A stretch of DNA of 64,000 bases, taken from contig DASZVA010000010.1 of the NCBI GenBank assembly GCA_035547395.1, positions 74,471 to 138,470 of the forward strand, written 5' to 3'. The notes below the pieces were generated by a model that was given only the letters and a program-made list of their open reading frames with translations, made no database searches and was not told the DNA's origin. The translations under genes and the position numbers were made by a program. Positions 1-12,600 of the stretch are shown here, piece by piece. Source of the DNA: Candidatus Peribacteraceae bacterium (GTDB taxonomy: Bacteria; Patescibacteriota; Gracilibacteria; Peribacterales; Peribacteraceae). Within the stretch, counting starts at the first letter, position 1, and each line of letters starts with the position of its first letter.

Positions 1-2440
1 CGGAAGCCGCGACGGTCTCGATGAAGCGGCAGTCATGCATGCACGGCGGGAATGGGGCTGGAATGAATTGCCGCGCAAGGGCATATCGATCGGGTCGATT
101 CTTTTGCGCCAGTTTCAGGATGTGCTCGTCTATATTCTTCTAGCGGCGCTGCTGCTGACGGTCGCGTTGCGCGTCATGACCGGAGACGGATCTCTGGAGA
201 ATTCCGTCGACATCATTGCGATCCTTTCCATCCTGCTGCTGAATGCCCTACTCGGATTCGTGCAGGAATATCGTTCCGAACAGGCGCTGCGGAGCCTGCA
301 GGACCTGACGTCGCCCCATGTACGCGTACGCAGAAGCGGACGTGAACGTTTGATCAGCTCGCGCGAGCTGGTACCGGGAGACCTGGTGATTCTCGAGGCG
401 GGGGATCGCGTGTCGGCGGACGGACGGCTGCTGCATGTGTCGCATCTTGATGTGAACGAATCGAGTTTGACGGGTGAGAGCGTCGTGATCCCCAAGACGA
501 GCGATGCCATCCCCGCTGCGCATTCCATCGGCGATCAGCGCAACATGGTTTTTGCCGGAACGCTCGTGACGCGCGGGAACGCGGAGTACATCGTCACGGC
601 GACCGGACTGCAGAGTGAAATCGGACGGATTGCCATGCTGGTCGCCGCTTCGGAGCCGCCGCCCACGCCGCTGCAACGGCGTATGAAAACATTGAGCGCG
701 ACGATGGGAATCGCCGTGCTGGCGCTCTGTCTGCTGCTCGCGTTTGTCCAGTATCAGCGTGGCGTTGCCGTACTCGATATCGTGCTGCTCACCGTCAGTC
801 TCGCCGTATCCGCGGTGCCGGAAGGATTGCCGGCTGTGGTGACGGCGTGTCTGGCAATGGGAGTGCGGCGCATGGCGGCATTGCATGCGTTGGTCATGCG
901 CCTCGACAGTCTGGAGACGCTCGGCAGCATCGATGTCATTTGCAGCGACAAGACCGGCACCATCACTCAAAACGCCATGATCGTGCGTCAAACGTGGACG
1001 CTGTCCGAGAGCGCGGACGACCGGCGGCTGCTTGTGCAGATCGGCGCGTCGTGCAACCGCGCGCAACTGCCGGATCTGGGTGATCCGACGGAGATCGGTC
1101 TGCTGCGGTATGCCGGGGAGCAGCACGTGGAGCGACTGGATCTGGAGGAAGAGGAAGTGCCGTTTACGTCCGAGGGCAAATACATGCAGACCCGGCACGG
1201 AGACAGATCTTTTTTGAAAGGAGCGCCCGAAGTGATCCGCAGGATCTGCGACGGACCGGAATCGGATGTCATTCACGAACACGCGGTCGCCATGGCGAAA
1301 AGCGGATTGCGGGTGCTGGCGATGGCGGTAAAGGACAAGAAGAAAATACGCTGCGTCGGACTCATGGGGATGGAAGATCCGCCCCGACAGGCGGTCCGGC
1401 CTGCCATGCAGGAATCGAGACAGGCGGGAATCCGGACGGTGATGATCACGGGCGATCATGCGGACACCGCGCTCGCGGTTGCGCGGCAGGTGGGGATCGA
1501 CGGCGATGTTGTCGAGGGAAAGACGCTCGCCGCGATGACCGATGACGAACTGCGCGCGACGGTGCGAACGGTCTCGGTCTATGCGCGCGTCTCGCCCGAA
1601 CACAAAATCGCGATTCTGCGCGCACTGCAGAAAAACGGACACATCGTCGCCATGACGGGGGACGGCGTCAACGACGCACCGGCGCTCAAAGCGGCGGATG
1701 TCGGCATCGCGATGGGAAAGGACGGCACGCAGGTCGCACGCGAAGCCGCGAGTCTGGTTCTCACCGATGACAATTATGCGACCATTGTCGCGGCGATTCG
1801 TGAGGGAAGACACATTTACGACAACATCCGCAAGTTCATCCTGTATCTGGTGCGTGCGAACGTCGGACAAATTTTTCTCTTCACGACGACGGTCGCGCTG
1901 AGTCTTCCGCTTCCGCTGCTGCCCATTCATATTCTCTGGATCAATCTGATGACCGATGGTCTGCCCGCGCTTGCGCTCGGCATGGAAAATGCGGAATCCG
2001 GCATCATGCGGCGTCCGCCTCGTCCGTCGAACGAACAGATGTTTACGGGCGTGTGGACGAATCTGGTTCTGGCGGCGCTCGTGTCCTGCGGCATCACGTT
2101 TCTCATCTTCCTCCATTCCCTGACCAGCGGCGATTCCGTGACGCACGCGCGGACAATGGCGTTCACGTTTTCCATTCTGTTTGAAATTCTGCTCGCGTAT
2201 CACAGCCGGAGCTTTCAACCCGTCTGGCGCATCGGCATTTTTTCCAATCGATGGCTGAATGCCGCCGCACTGTTGCCGTTTGTACTGCAGGCAGTCCTTG
2301 TTCTGACGCCTCTGCGCGACGTCTTTTCGCTCGCACCGCTGACGGCCGATGATGTCCTCCTTTTTGCCGGAGCGGGATTGGCGGGGTTCCTGTTTTTGGA
2401 ACTGACGAAATCACTGCGCATGGCGCATAGGAGGACATGA
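1..2440 (+). CDS. P-type cation-transporting ATPase (P2A, SERCA/PMCA-like Ca2+-ATPase type). The 5' end lies outside the window.
   Basis: ORF track 35..2440. The frame stays open back to nt 2: GSRDGLDEAAV precedes the listed Met and continues the usual N-terminal GL..EA......G.NEL segment. Motifs present: LTGES, PEGLPAV (TM4), CSDKTGTITQN (phosphorylation site), MITGDH, TGDGVNDAPALKAADVGIAMG. Confidence 0.9.
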   Translation, partial: GSRDGLDEAAVMHARREWGWNELPRKGISIGSILLRQFQDVLVYILLAALLLTVALRVMTGDGSLENSVDIIAILSILLLNALLGFVQEYRSEQALRSLQDLTSPHVRVRRSGRERLISSRELVPGDLVILEAGDRVSADGRLLHVSHLDVNESSLTGESVVIPKTSDAIPAAHSIGDQRNMVFAGTLVTRGNAEYIVTATGLQSEIGRIAMLVAASEPPPTPLQRRMKTLSATMGIAVLALCLLLAFVQYQRGVAVLDIVLLTVSLAVSAVPEGLPAVVTACLAMGVRRMAALHALVMRLDSLETLGSIDVICSDKTGTITQNAMIVRQTWTLSESADDRRLLVQIGASCNRAQLPDLGDPTEIGLLRYAGEQHVERLDLEEEEVPFTSEGKYMQTRHGDRSFLKGAPEVIRRICDGPESDVIHEHAVAMAKSGLRVLAMAVKDKKKIRCVGLMGMEDPPRQAVRPAMQESRQAGIRTVMITGDHADTALAVARQVGIDGDVVEGKTLAAMTDDELRATVRTVSVYARVSPEHKIAILRALQKNGHIVAMTGDGVNDAPALKAADVGIAMGKDGTQVAREAASLVLTDDNYATIVAAIREGRHIYDNIRKFILYLVRANVGQIFLFTTTVALSLPLPLLPIHILWINLMTDGLPALALGMENAESGIMRRPPRPSNEQMFTGVWTNLVLAALVSCGITFLIFLHSLTSGDSVTHARTMAFTFSILFEILLAYHSRSFQPVWRIGIFSNRWLNAAALLPFVLQAVLVLTPLRDVFSLAPLTADDVLLFAGAGLAGFLFLELTKSLRMAHRRT

Positions 2441-2484
2441 GGATTGTGAAAAAGCGCAGGTGATCGCATGCCGGCATTTGTGCT

Positions 2485-3468
2485 ATGATGACCTGGATGC
2501 GATGTTCCGTTCGTCTCGCCGGTCTTTGTCTGGTCCCGCTTCTGCTCTCGGCATGCATGCGGGGCGGATCTGATCAACCCGCGATCAATTTCATCGGCAT
2601 CGGCACGGGAACGCTCGTCACCGACGTGAACGCGATCCATTTCAGAAACACGTTCAAGACGTCTGAGACGAAACTCGTCGGAGTGGTGTCATTCGCGCAT
2701 ATCGCACAAGGCAGTACCGTGCAGGCAACGTGGTTCTCGCCGGATGAACGCGTACCGCCGCTCGGCCGCACCACGATCACGACTGAATCCGGTGCGAAGA
2801 TCGCCCGCTTCAGCTTCGCATCCAAGGAACCATGGAAACCGGCTCCGTACGAACTGCGGATCGACGCCTCGACCGGCAAGGGCGAAAACCTCAAAACCGA
2901 CAGCGGGACGCTGGCATTTTTCATCGGCATGACGCAGCCGGACATCGACGCGTACAAAAAGGATTACGCCGCCTATCAAAAAACCGTCGCAGAGCAGAAC
3001 GCAGCCGCGGAAGCACAGCAGGCCGCAGAGAGCGCGCTCGCGCAGCAGGCTGCCCGCTTCATGGACGCGCGCAGGGCGTTCGTCGTCTTCAAGGGCAATC
3101 TGACGGGCGGCGGCACCGACTACGTGATCCAGGGGAGCGACACGACGGTTGAAGACGCGGCGCCTCCGGGAGGTGGGGCGGCTCCCGGCGTTCTCTATGC
3201 GGCGGCACTGAAACAGTTCGCGATTCTGGACGGATCGGGCAATGTCCTTCTCGGAGTGCAGAAAAAATCCAACGGATTCAACGCGCTCAAGTCGGGCAGC
3301 GGTACGTTTTATGACAAACTGCCGCGCGGCGCCGATCTGCAGATGGCGGTGCTGCCGTCGGGTTCCATCGCACTGACCTGGACCGATGCATCACAAAAAA
3401 CGTGCACGCTCGAGGCAACGGTCACGAAGGATCATCGGTACGGGGCGGGGAGTTCGGAATGTCGTTAA
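2485..3468 (+). CDS. hypothetical lipoprotein
   Basis: N-terminal signal peptide ending in the lipobox LLLSAC. 327 aa with no recognisable catalytic motif. A strong terminator follows. Confidence 0.6.
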   Translation: MMTWMRCSVRLAGLCLVPLLLSACMRGGSDQPAINFIGIGTGTLVTDVNAIHFRNTFKTSETKLVGVVSFAHIAQGSTVQATWFSPDERVPPLGRTTITTESGAKIARFSFASKEPWKPAPYELRIDASTGKGENLKTDSGTLAFFIGMTQPDIDAYKKDYAAYQKTVAEQNAAAEAQQAAESALAQQAARFMDARRAFVVFKGNLTGGGTDYVIQGSDTTVEDAAPPGGGAAPGVLYAAALKQFAILDGSGNVLLGVQKKSNGFNALKSGSGTFYDKLPRGADLQMAVLPSGSIALTWTDASQKTCTLEATVTKDHRYGAGSSECR

Positions 3469-3483
3469 GACCTCATCCCCCGG

Positions 3484-3537
3484 CCCCTTCTCCCGCTCCA
3501 CCGCTTGCCTACCGGGAGAAGGGGGGTAATTTTTTTT
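3484..3537 (+). terminator. rho-independent terminator, possibly bidirectional between convergent genes
   Basis: 12-bp stem CCCCTTCTCCCG (3484..3495) / CGGGAGAAGGGG (3513..3524) followed by a T8 run (3530..3537). On the minus strand an A-run precedes the stem. Confidence 0.65.
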
Positions 3538-3629
3538 ATATGTTCCCCTCTCCTGGAAGGCATGCGGGCGGGTAGGATCCGCCTTCGCTCTCCGAGCTAC
3601 GGACGGACAAGAAGGGGGTAGGGGTGAGG

Positions 3630-6600
3630 TTATCGCCCCGTCAGTTCCCGAATCCGATCCCGTTTTCTGATGATAATCATCGTAATCCAGCCGACGTTGC
3701 TGCCAGCAAGCAGTGCGATGATGATCCAGGCATAGATCGGAATACCGCCGACGGGTGCGGCACCGTGGACCGGCTCGGAGACCATCACCTGAATGACGGG
3801 CAGCGCGACCTGCAATTCTTTCTGCGTGTCGAGCGGCAGGACCGACGGCGGTTCCAGGATGAAGTCGCGCTTCTCGACAGTGCCTCCTGAGACGTGGATT
3901 TCCAGCTGATGCTTGCCGGTTTCGACGTCGTGGAAGGTTGCGATACCTCCGCTGTTGGTCACCGCGATCTTCGGCGTCGAGAAGAGGACGACCGGCGTAT
4001 TCGCGTACGGATGACCGAAGGAGTCAAACACGCTCATGGCGAGTGTGGCGACGAGCGTTTGGCCATCCGTATTTTTCTTGATGGTCGTCGTGTACGTCTG
4101 CGGAGGCGGCAGTTTGGCGGAAGCAGGCGGCTGCGTCGGAGCGCCATGCAGACGCAGCGCGAAGAGCGCGATGCCGTCGCGTCCGCTGCGTCTCAGGATG
4201 CCCGCACCGTTTTGCATTGCACCGATGCCGCTTGCGATCTGTCCGGCGCTCCACTGAATGCCGGCGTTCGTCACGTCAGAGACCGATTGCTGTGCGGCAT
4301 CGAGATTGTCCGCGACCGTCTGACCGAGCTGCGTCGTCACCGTCGTCGTCTGCATCGCGAGTTCGTTCGCGTTCTGACCGAGGATAGTTGTTGCATCGGC
4401 AAGCTGCTGCGCTGCGTCCTGCAATGCATTCGTCGTCTGGTCCGTCGCGTCTGCGATGCTCTGCGCGATCTGAACAGTCGTTTGCGAGAGAGTTGTTGCA
4501 GTCGTGTCCGTGATCGCGCCCGTCGTTTGCGTGATGGAGTTGATCGCGGTCTGCGTCGTTGCGACTGTCAGAGTTCCCATGTCCGCGATCGATTGGCCCG
4601 CCGTGCGCGCGAACTGCGCGGTCGTCTGACCGACGGTGCCGAGTTGTTCGATTCTGTTCAGCGCGAGCTCACTCGTATCCTGCATCGTCTGCAACGCGAC
4701 TTGCGCGGCCGACGTCACCGATTGCGTGACAGCCGACACGCCCGATTGCATCGTCGACGCGATTTGCGTCACGGCCGCCTGCGTGCTCTGCGTCGCGCTT
4801 TGCAACGCCGTGCCGATCGTCTGGCCGACGTTTCCGACGGAGCTCGCGATCGACTTGGACGCTGACGTTGCCGCCAACGACGTGAGCGTTGTGAGATCCT
4901 GCACCGATTGCGCGATGTTCTGCGAGATGCCTTTTGTCTGCGTGATACCCGTCTGCACCGATTGAGTGACTGACGATTGGATTTCACCCAGCGCTTGAAT
5001 GATTGGTGCGACGATCGGCACGGAATACTCAAGCCCCGCTCCGATGTGGGCGGCAATCTGTTGCTGCAGTTCCTGCTGTATCTGTTCGGATGTTTGTGAT
5101 GACGACGCGGACGAGGTTTGCGTAGATGTCGCCGTCGATGATGTTTGCTGCGTCGCAGTGGAACTGGCTGCCGCGGATGACGTCTGCTCTGCGACCGGTT
5201 GCGGAGCGGTGACGATCGTCACGACGTAGGTGCCGTTCGTACCGTAGGTACCGCCGCTGACGAATCCTGCTTCACTCGAGGAACTTGCAGCCGCGCTTGA
5301 GGAACTCGCGACCGGCGTCAGCAGGTAGCCGAAGGACACATTCTTGATTTGTCCGCCGGTGCCGAAGCTGACGAGGCGGCTGTTTGTGCTCGTCGTCGTG
5401 TAGCCCGTCGGCGCTTCCGCCGCGATCACGAAGCTGCCGGATGACGTCGGGAGATTGCTGAATATGTATGTACCCGAAGCATTCGATTTCGTCGTGAGGG
5501 AGATCGTTCCGCCCGTGCCGGTGGTTCCGCTGAGTTCCACGATCGTGCCGGAGAAGATCTGCGTTTCGGTCACAGCCTTTAGTCCATTGCTGTCACTATC
5601 GACGAAGACCGAACCTGTGAGGGTGCTCGGCGAAACGTAACCGAAGTTCGCGCGGATCACGGCGCCCGTCCCAAGCACGTTGCTGCCGGTGCTGTTGAAT
5701 GTGGTGCGCAGGTACGTGCCGCTGAGCGTGGACGGATCGATGCTGATGGCGTAGCCATTGCTTCCACTGATCACCGTGCCGCTGAAGGCGTACTGGCCGA
5801 GGCTGTTTGTCGTCGTCGTGAGATTGAGCAGCGCTCCCGTCAGTGTGGAACCGCTGAGGGTGACGGTGACATTATTGAATCCGGTCGATTCATCGCCCGT
5901 GCGCACCCCGTTGCCGTTGTCGTCATACCAGACGTAGCCGACGATCGAGCCGGTGGCTGACGCGCTGTTTGCAAAGTTCCAGTTCACGTTATTGCCGCTG
6001 TCGGTACAGTGATCGCTGTTCTTGTGACAAACGAGCGTGGCACCACCCGTTGCATCGCTGTCCTTCACATCCAAGTAACTCAAGCTCTGCGTGCCGCTGT
6101 CACCATCGAGCAGAATGTGTGCGCCGGTTCCGCTTGTAGTGGAACGAATCGAAAGGAGATTCGATGCAGCGCCGTTTATCGCGAGCGCACCCGAGAAGCT
6201 CTGGCGACTCGTCGGATCGAAGAAGAGTTTGGCCGCACTGCTGACTGCTTTCGTGAAGTTGTAGAAGAGCGTCGATCCACTGATCGTCTGATTGGTTCCA
6301 TCAAGAATGAAGTTATTGTTTCTCTGTGTGATCGATCCTGCATCAAGCAAGTTGCCTGCGAGGTTGATCTGACGATTCGAACTCGTCGGGTCGAGGGTGC
6401 TGTCTGCGATCTGTAGATTCCCATTCACATCCAGGTTCGCGCCGAGTGTGACCACACCAGAGCCGCTGTTCTGATAGCCATCCGCGAGGTGTGCGACTTC
6501 GGATGCGGAGAGCGCGCGATTGTAGATGCGGACGTCGTCGATGTTTCCTCTGAACCAATACGATGAAGCTGAGTTGAGATTTCCAAGAGTCGTAAGGCCG

Positions 6601-9600
6601 CTTGTGAAATTTGAATTAGAATAACTTGTGGTCCCTTGTGATACTCCGTTTACATAAAATCTCTGAGTAGTGCCGTTATAAGTAGACATAACGTGATACC
6701 AAACTCCGTTTGTTGTGCTAGGGCCGGCCACTTCTCCGTTTGAACTTCCCCAGCCTGCATACACAATCGGTGAGTTAGGCTTTCGTATGAATCCGAAACC
6801 GGATGTTGCAGAATCGAATCCATTCCATAATGGAATTTCATATGTGCTCGATTGACGCTCAAACTTGATCCATCCTCCAAAAGTGAAAGCAGCTGTGCCA
6901 TTGATTGCTCGTACATTTGTTGCAACATAATCATCCACTCCATCGAAGTGCAGCGACTTCGGATCATAGAACCGCGTACTTGGTACCGATGTGCTCCACG
7001 TCGGTCCGTTCGTCAGCGTTCCATTGTTTCCATTGCCCGAGGAATCCCTCGCGATCGAGCTGCCGGTGCCGTCATCCATCTTCCAGTAGCCAACGAGTCC
7101 ATTGTTAATTGTTACATTGTTAAATGGTTGGGACTCGGTGAGTGTGGATGCTCCCACGTTACGCATGATCACCGTTCCCGTTCCAGAGTTGAACGTTCCA
7201 CCCGTGTGCAGCCAGCTGCCCGAGAGGGTAATCGTCTGGCCTCCGTTCACATTCAAGGTTCCTCCGCTGATCGTCAGCGCGCCGCTCAAGGTCATCTGAC
7301 TGTTCGGCGGGTTAAAGACCGTGGAGCCAGTGGAACCAATGATCACATTCTGATACGGAATGTTCTTCATCTGCACGGCACTGCTCCCTGCGGAGTCGTA
7401 CCAGACGGTGGAGTTGAGTTGCGACAGGAAGTTTGTGTAACTCAACGTTTCATCACCATGCAACCGCAGTGTGGTACCGGTGCCGATGATGAGGCTCTTA
7501 TTCACCGTCAGGTTGTTGCCGTTCAGGTCCAGGGTTCCACCCGTCAGCACCAGGTTCTGTCCGGTCGTGTTCATGACGAGTGCGCCCGAGAGCGTGACGG
7601 TATTTGCGGATTTGGCAATGACGACCTGCGGCGAGAAGGTGCCGCTTCTGAGAGCGATCGTTTGCGCGCTTCCGCCTGTCAGTTTGAGAGTGACGTTACT
7701 GTTTCCGAAAGTTTCGTTGTAGCCTGTCAGTTGAGATTCCGCAAAGTTTCCGCTGAGAGCAATGGTAATCGGATTGCTTGCGGACCAGATGTGAGTGAAA
7801 CCGGAACAGGCCGTATTGCTCTGTATCGTGAGATTATGAGACACGGTGAAGCTGTCCAAGAATGTCGTGGTCGATGTGCCTCCGACACATGATGCGAAGC
7901 CCAAGAGAGTCAGATCATAGAATGCAGCGCCTCCGCTTGTGATGCTCGTGCTCGTAATGTGGGAGAATGTGAGCGTTCCGCTGCGTGCCGTGAATGTGCC
8001 CGCGTTCGTGAACGCATGAGCAACGACGATGTTATGGCTGGTGACGCCGCCGTCATTCGAGACATCGAGAGTCTTTCCGCTGCTGATCGTAAAATCATAG
8101 AAGGTACTGTCGCCGGAAAGCTGCGCACTCTGGTTGATCGTCGTCGTGCCAGTTGAGGTTGATCCGCCCCTTGAGAGCGTCGCCGTTCCCGTGCCGTTGA
8201 CATTGAGGTTGGCATTGAACGCACCGCTCGCGACGGTGAACGACGGACCGGCACCCGTCATTTGCAATGTGACGTTCGCATTTCCGAAAGTCTCGTTAAA
8301 GCCGGTTATCTGCGATTCCGTGAAGTCGCCCTGGAGCGTAATCGTGATCGGACTGGTTGCGGACCAAACATGAGTATAACCCGAACAGCCTGTTGTGCTT
8401 TGTACGGTTAGTGTGTGCGACACGGTGAAACTGTCTGCAAACGTTGTAGTCTTGTTGCTGTCGCCGCATGTTCCATGACCCGTAAGAGTCAGATTGTAGA
8501 GAATGGCTCCTCCTGTAGTGAATGTTGTCGCGTTGCTTTCGGCTAATGTGAGCGTACCGCTATTGTGCGTGAAGGTGCCGCCCGTTCGGATGAAGTCATT
8601 TGCGAATGTTCCCGTACCGCTCGTCGCCACGAACGTACCGGCATCCTGATTGAATGTTCCATTATCCGTAATCGCACTTCCTCCATTTGATCCTGTAAAT
8701 GTTCCACCACTCATGGTGAATGCAGAGTTAATCGTCAGTGCATTGTTTCCCTGAATCATGTTTCCATTTTCGTGCAGGTAGCTCGTCGTGAGTGTGCCGC
8801 CGAGGTTCAATGTTGAGCCGGTCCAGACATTCACTGTCTTTCCTGTCGTCACGGTGAGATTGTTGCTGCTCATCGAGTAGAGAGATGTGATGTCGCTGTA
8901 GCCCGTTGCTTTTGCAATTGTCAGCATCGCACTCGTTACCGGTGCACCGACGCTCACATGCGTGCCCGTTCCACTGCGCACAATTAATTGGTTCTTGATG
9001 AGCGTCATGCCCGTCATGCTTCCTCCCGAACCCGTCGAGACCGTCACTGCCTTGTTCGTACTTCCGGAGATGTACAAGGCAACGACCGTCCCGCCGGTGA
9101 GGTTACTGATGCCGCCGATCGTAAATTGTCCGCCGTTATCCACGGTTCCCGTTCCCGAGACCGCAGCTCCGTTCAGGCTGACCGCGACTTTCACGCCCGT
9201 GAGCGGTGTGGTTCCACCGGTATTGCTGTAGACCGTTCCGGTGATGTTGTAGGTCCTGCTGAAGCTCCAGTTCGTGTTGTTGCCGCTGTCTGCACATCCG
9301 CCGTCACCCGTGTGACACGTGAGCGTCGCGCCTCCCGTGGCGTCGGAATCTTTCACATCGAGGTAGCGCAGGTTCTGCGTGCCGCTGTCACCGTCGAGCA
9401 GAATGTGCGCACCGGTTCCCGTTGCAGTCGACCGGATCTTGAGCAGTCCGCCCTGCACGCCCATCAGGTTCAGACTTCCGGATGCAGACTGGCGACCGGT
9501 GTAATCAAAGAAGAGAGACGCGGCATTGGTCGCGAGCTTCGTCAGGTTCCAGAAGATTGTTGATCCGCTGAGCGTCTGATTCGCTGTCGTGCTGAGTGTC

Positions 9601-12600
9601 ACCGTATCACTGTGCGGCGTGAAGTTTCCGACGTTGCTCCAGTTGCCCTTCGCAGTTACTCCGTAGTTGCTTGCCGATGCATCGAGATTTCCCGAGACGA
9701 TGTTCAGGTTGCCGTTCACTGTCAGCGCCGCACCGAGGACGTAATTTCCGCTGCCTGTGTTCTGATAGCCGCTGGCTAGATGTGAGACTTCCGATGCAGA
9801 GAGCGCGCGGTTGTAGATGCGGACGTCATCGAGTGAGCCGATCATGTAGCTGGTACGTGAAATGCCGATAGCCGGCGGTTCTGCACCGATGTCCATTTCG
9901 CCAGTCGGTATGCCCTGCGTACCACTGATCGTTGCTGTTCCTTGTGACACGCCATTGATGTAGAGCGTCATCGTCGTGCCGTTGATCGTCATGACTGCAT
10001 GACGCCAGACGTTATCGTTTGCTGTCGAACTGGAAACTCTATAGACCGTTCCATTGTAATATTGGGCTTGTATAACTCCGGAAATGTACGCCAATCCCCA
10101 CAGATATCGTGTTCCTATTTGCGTGTCTTTTCTGATAATACCGATATCGGAACCCGCGGTCGTGCTCTTTACCCACGTTGCAACCGTGAGATGATTACTG
10201 AGTTGAAGGGCACTTGAGTCAGGCACTGACACATAATCATCCACACCATCGAAATGCAGCGACTTCGGATCATAGAATCGCGTGTTCGGGACACTGGTGC
10301 TCCACGTCGGTCCGTTCGTCAGCGTTCCATTGTTTCCATTGCCGGAAGAATCACGTGCAATGCTTGAACCCGTTCCATCATCCAACTTCCAGTAACCTAC
10401 TAATCCATTGTTAAGCGTCAAATTGTTAAATGTTAGTGCACCACTCATGGTGTAATTGTTTCCTGTCCCCTTCAGCGTCACGGTGTTTGAGTGCGTCGTG
10501 AGGGTGCCGTAGTTGGTGTAGTTTCCTCCGACAGTAATGTTGTAATTCGATGCGGATGCATCGAGATTTCCATTTTCGATGTCGAGACTGCCGCTCATCG
10601 CGAGCGCCGCACCCATGGTGTAGGTGCCGCTGCCGATCAGCTGATTGCCGTTTGCAAGCGCAGAGACTTCCGCAGCCGTGAGCGCGCGGTTGTAGATGCG
10701 GACATCGTCGAGGAGACCACCAAAATAATTATAGCCTTTTGCAATATAAAGAGATGAGCTGGCAAATGAGAAGGATGCGGATGTCTGATACACGCCACCA
10801 ATGTACAGTTTGCCAGTAGTACCATTGGAAGTTAATGTGTAAAGATGCCATGCGCCATCCGATGGTTGTGAATAGCTTCCAGCAAGGCCGGGGCCTGCTT
10901 TGATGAATATAGTTGATCCGATGTATCCAAATTCTAGTGCGTTATTTGAGACGGCATCATTTACCCATGATGGATAATTACTAACCGGTCCTCCCTTAGC
11001 CCAAAAACTTATTGTTCCTGATCCAGAGAGTCCAACAGGAACACTCACATAATTACTCGTTCCGTTGAAACTCAAACTGTAGGGGTCATGGAACCTCGTC
11101 GTAGGCACATCCGTACTCCACGTCGGCCCGTTCACCAATGTTCCATTATTCCCATTGCCCGAACTATCCACGGCCGTGGCTCCCGTCCCATCGTCGAATT
11201 TCCAATATCCGACAAGTCCTCTTCCTGCACCGAAGGTGAGGTTGTTGAAGCTGCTGGTTTCATTGATGGATGTGTTTCCCTGTCCGATCATCATCACCGT
11301 TCCGGTTCCCGCATTGAAGGAACCGCCGCTGTGGATCCAGCTTCCGCTTAAGGTAATGGTATTGGCATTCGTCACCGCAAGCGTGCCGCCCGTGAGCGTC
11401 AGGTTGCCGAAGACGTTGAGGTTCGTTGCAGAAGAGGGGAGCTGGAACGTCGTGTTTGCTCCATTAATTCCCAATTTGTTGTAGACGGTATTGATGATCT
11501 TCGCAGTCGCATGATTGCTCTGACCGACGTAATTCACCGTACTTACTTCATCCGTCGTAAACGTACCCGCGATGCTAGAGCCCGTTCCACCGAGGATGAG
11601 CGTTCCGCTGTTCGTGAACGCAGTTCCGCTCTTCACAGTCAAGACTGTTCCGGTTCCGAGAATATTCAACGTCACGCCGGTGTTGATGAGCACGACGCCG
11701 CTGTTTTGCACCGTCATGCTTCCCACTGTCGCGCCACTCATGATCACTGTTCTCAGCGGTATTGCACTCACGCTGTTGTTATCGACGATGACATCACCGT
11801 ATGTCTGGTTGGCTGCTTTTTTGTAGATGGTGCCGGCTGCGCTGTTGACGTTTGCTGTGGCTCCATATGCTTGGTAGGTGGTATTGCCGAAACTTATTCC
11901 GGACGTGAGGACAATCGCGATGCGGCCGCCTCCTCCGCCGTGGTAACCGCTTCCGCCATTGGCCTTCACTGCTCCGTTTCCGGAGACGGTCGCTGCGGTG
12001 ATATTCACCGTTCCGCCCGCGCCCGCATGGACGCCGCTTCCGCCTTCGCCGTTTGCCGTGATGGATCCGTTGATGGTGACGGCATTACTTGCATTGATGA
12101 TTACGGCGCCGCCGCCAATGGAATCATAACCAGCGGAACCCATGTTCAGCGGATTCACCAGCGATCCGTACGAGCTGGTCGGGTTTGCTCCGCCGGATCC
12201 GCCGTATGTGCCGCCGCCGTAATACGGAGCGATGCCGCCGCCGGGTCCGGAGTTCACGGCGCTGTCTCTGAATCCGAGATTGTTTGCCGAGAGCAGACCG
12301 CCCGTTTGTACAGTGACGTTCGTTGCGTTCAATGTGGCGGCGCCTCCCTGGTTGCTGTGCATCGACGGATTGCCGTCCATTTCCAGCGTGCCACCGCTCT
12401 GGATGATGACATCGCCGAACGTATAGTTGTTCGTCCCATCAGAACCGAGACGCAGGCTGCGCAGATGTCCCGTACCGCCGATTGTGAGAGACGTGCGATC
12501 GGCGCTGTTCAGGTAAATGGTTCCGGCAAAGCCGTTACTTCCACCCTTTGCCTGCAACGTTCCCTTGAATGCATCTGTCGTGACGTTTGCAAGACTGATG

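Noticed and set aside
248-2218. A 656-aa minus-strand ORF overlapping the P-type ATPase.
   Set aside because: It is antisense to a gene carrying all the canonical P-type ATPase motifs. Its translation is R/H/D-rich with no motif.
2467-2476. A 10-bp palindrome ATGCCGGCAT between the ATPase and lipoprotein genes, and the palindrome TGACCAcTGGTCA (63777..63789).
   Set aside because: Both are short and occur once. The first has no T-tract or recognisable operator context. The second is absorbed into the hairpin described for the glnA-amt spacer.
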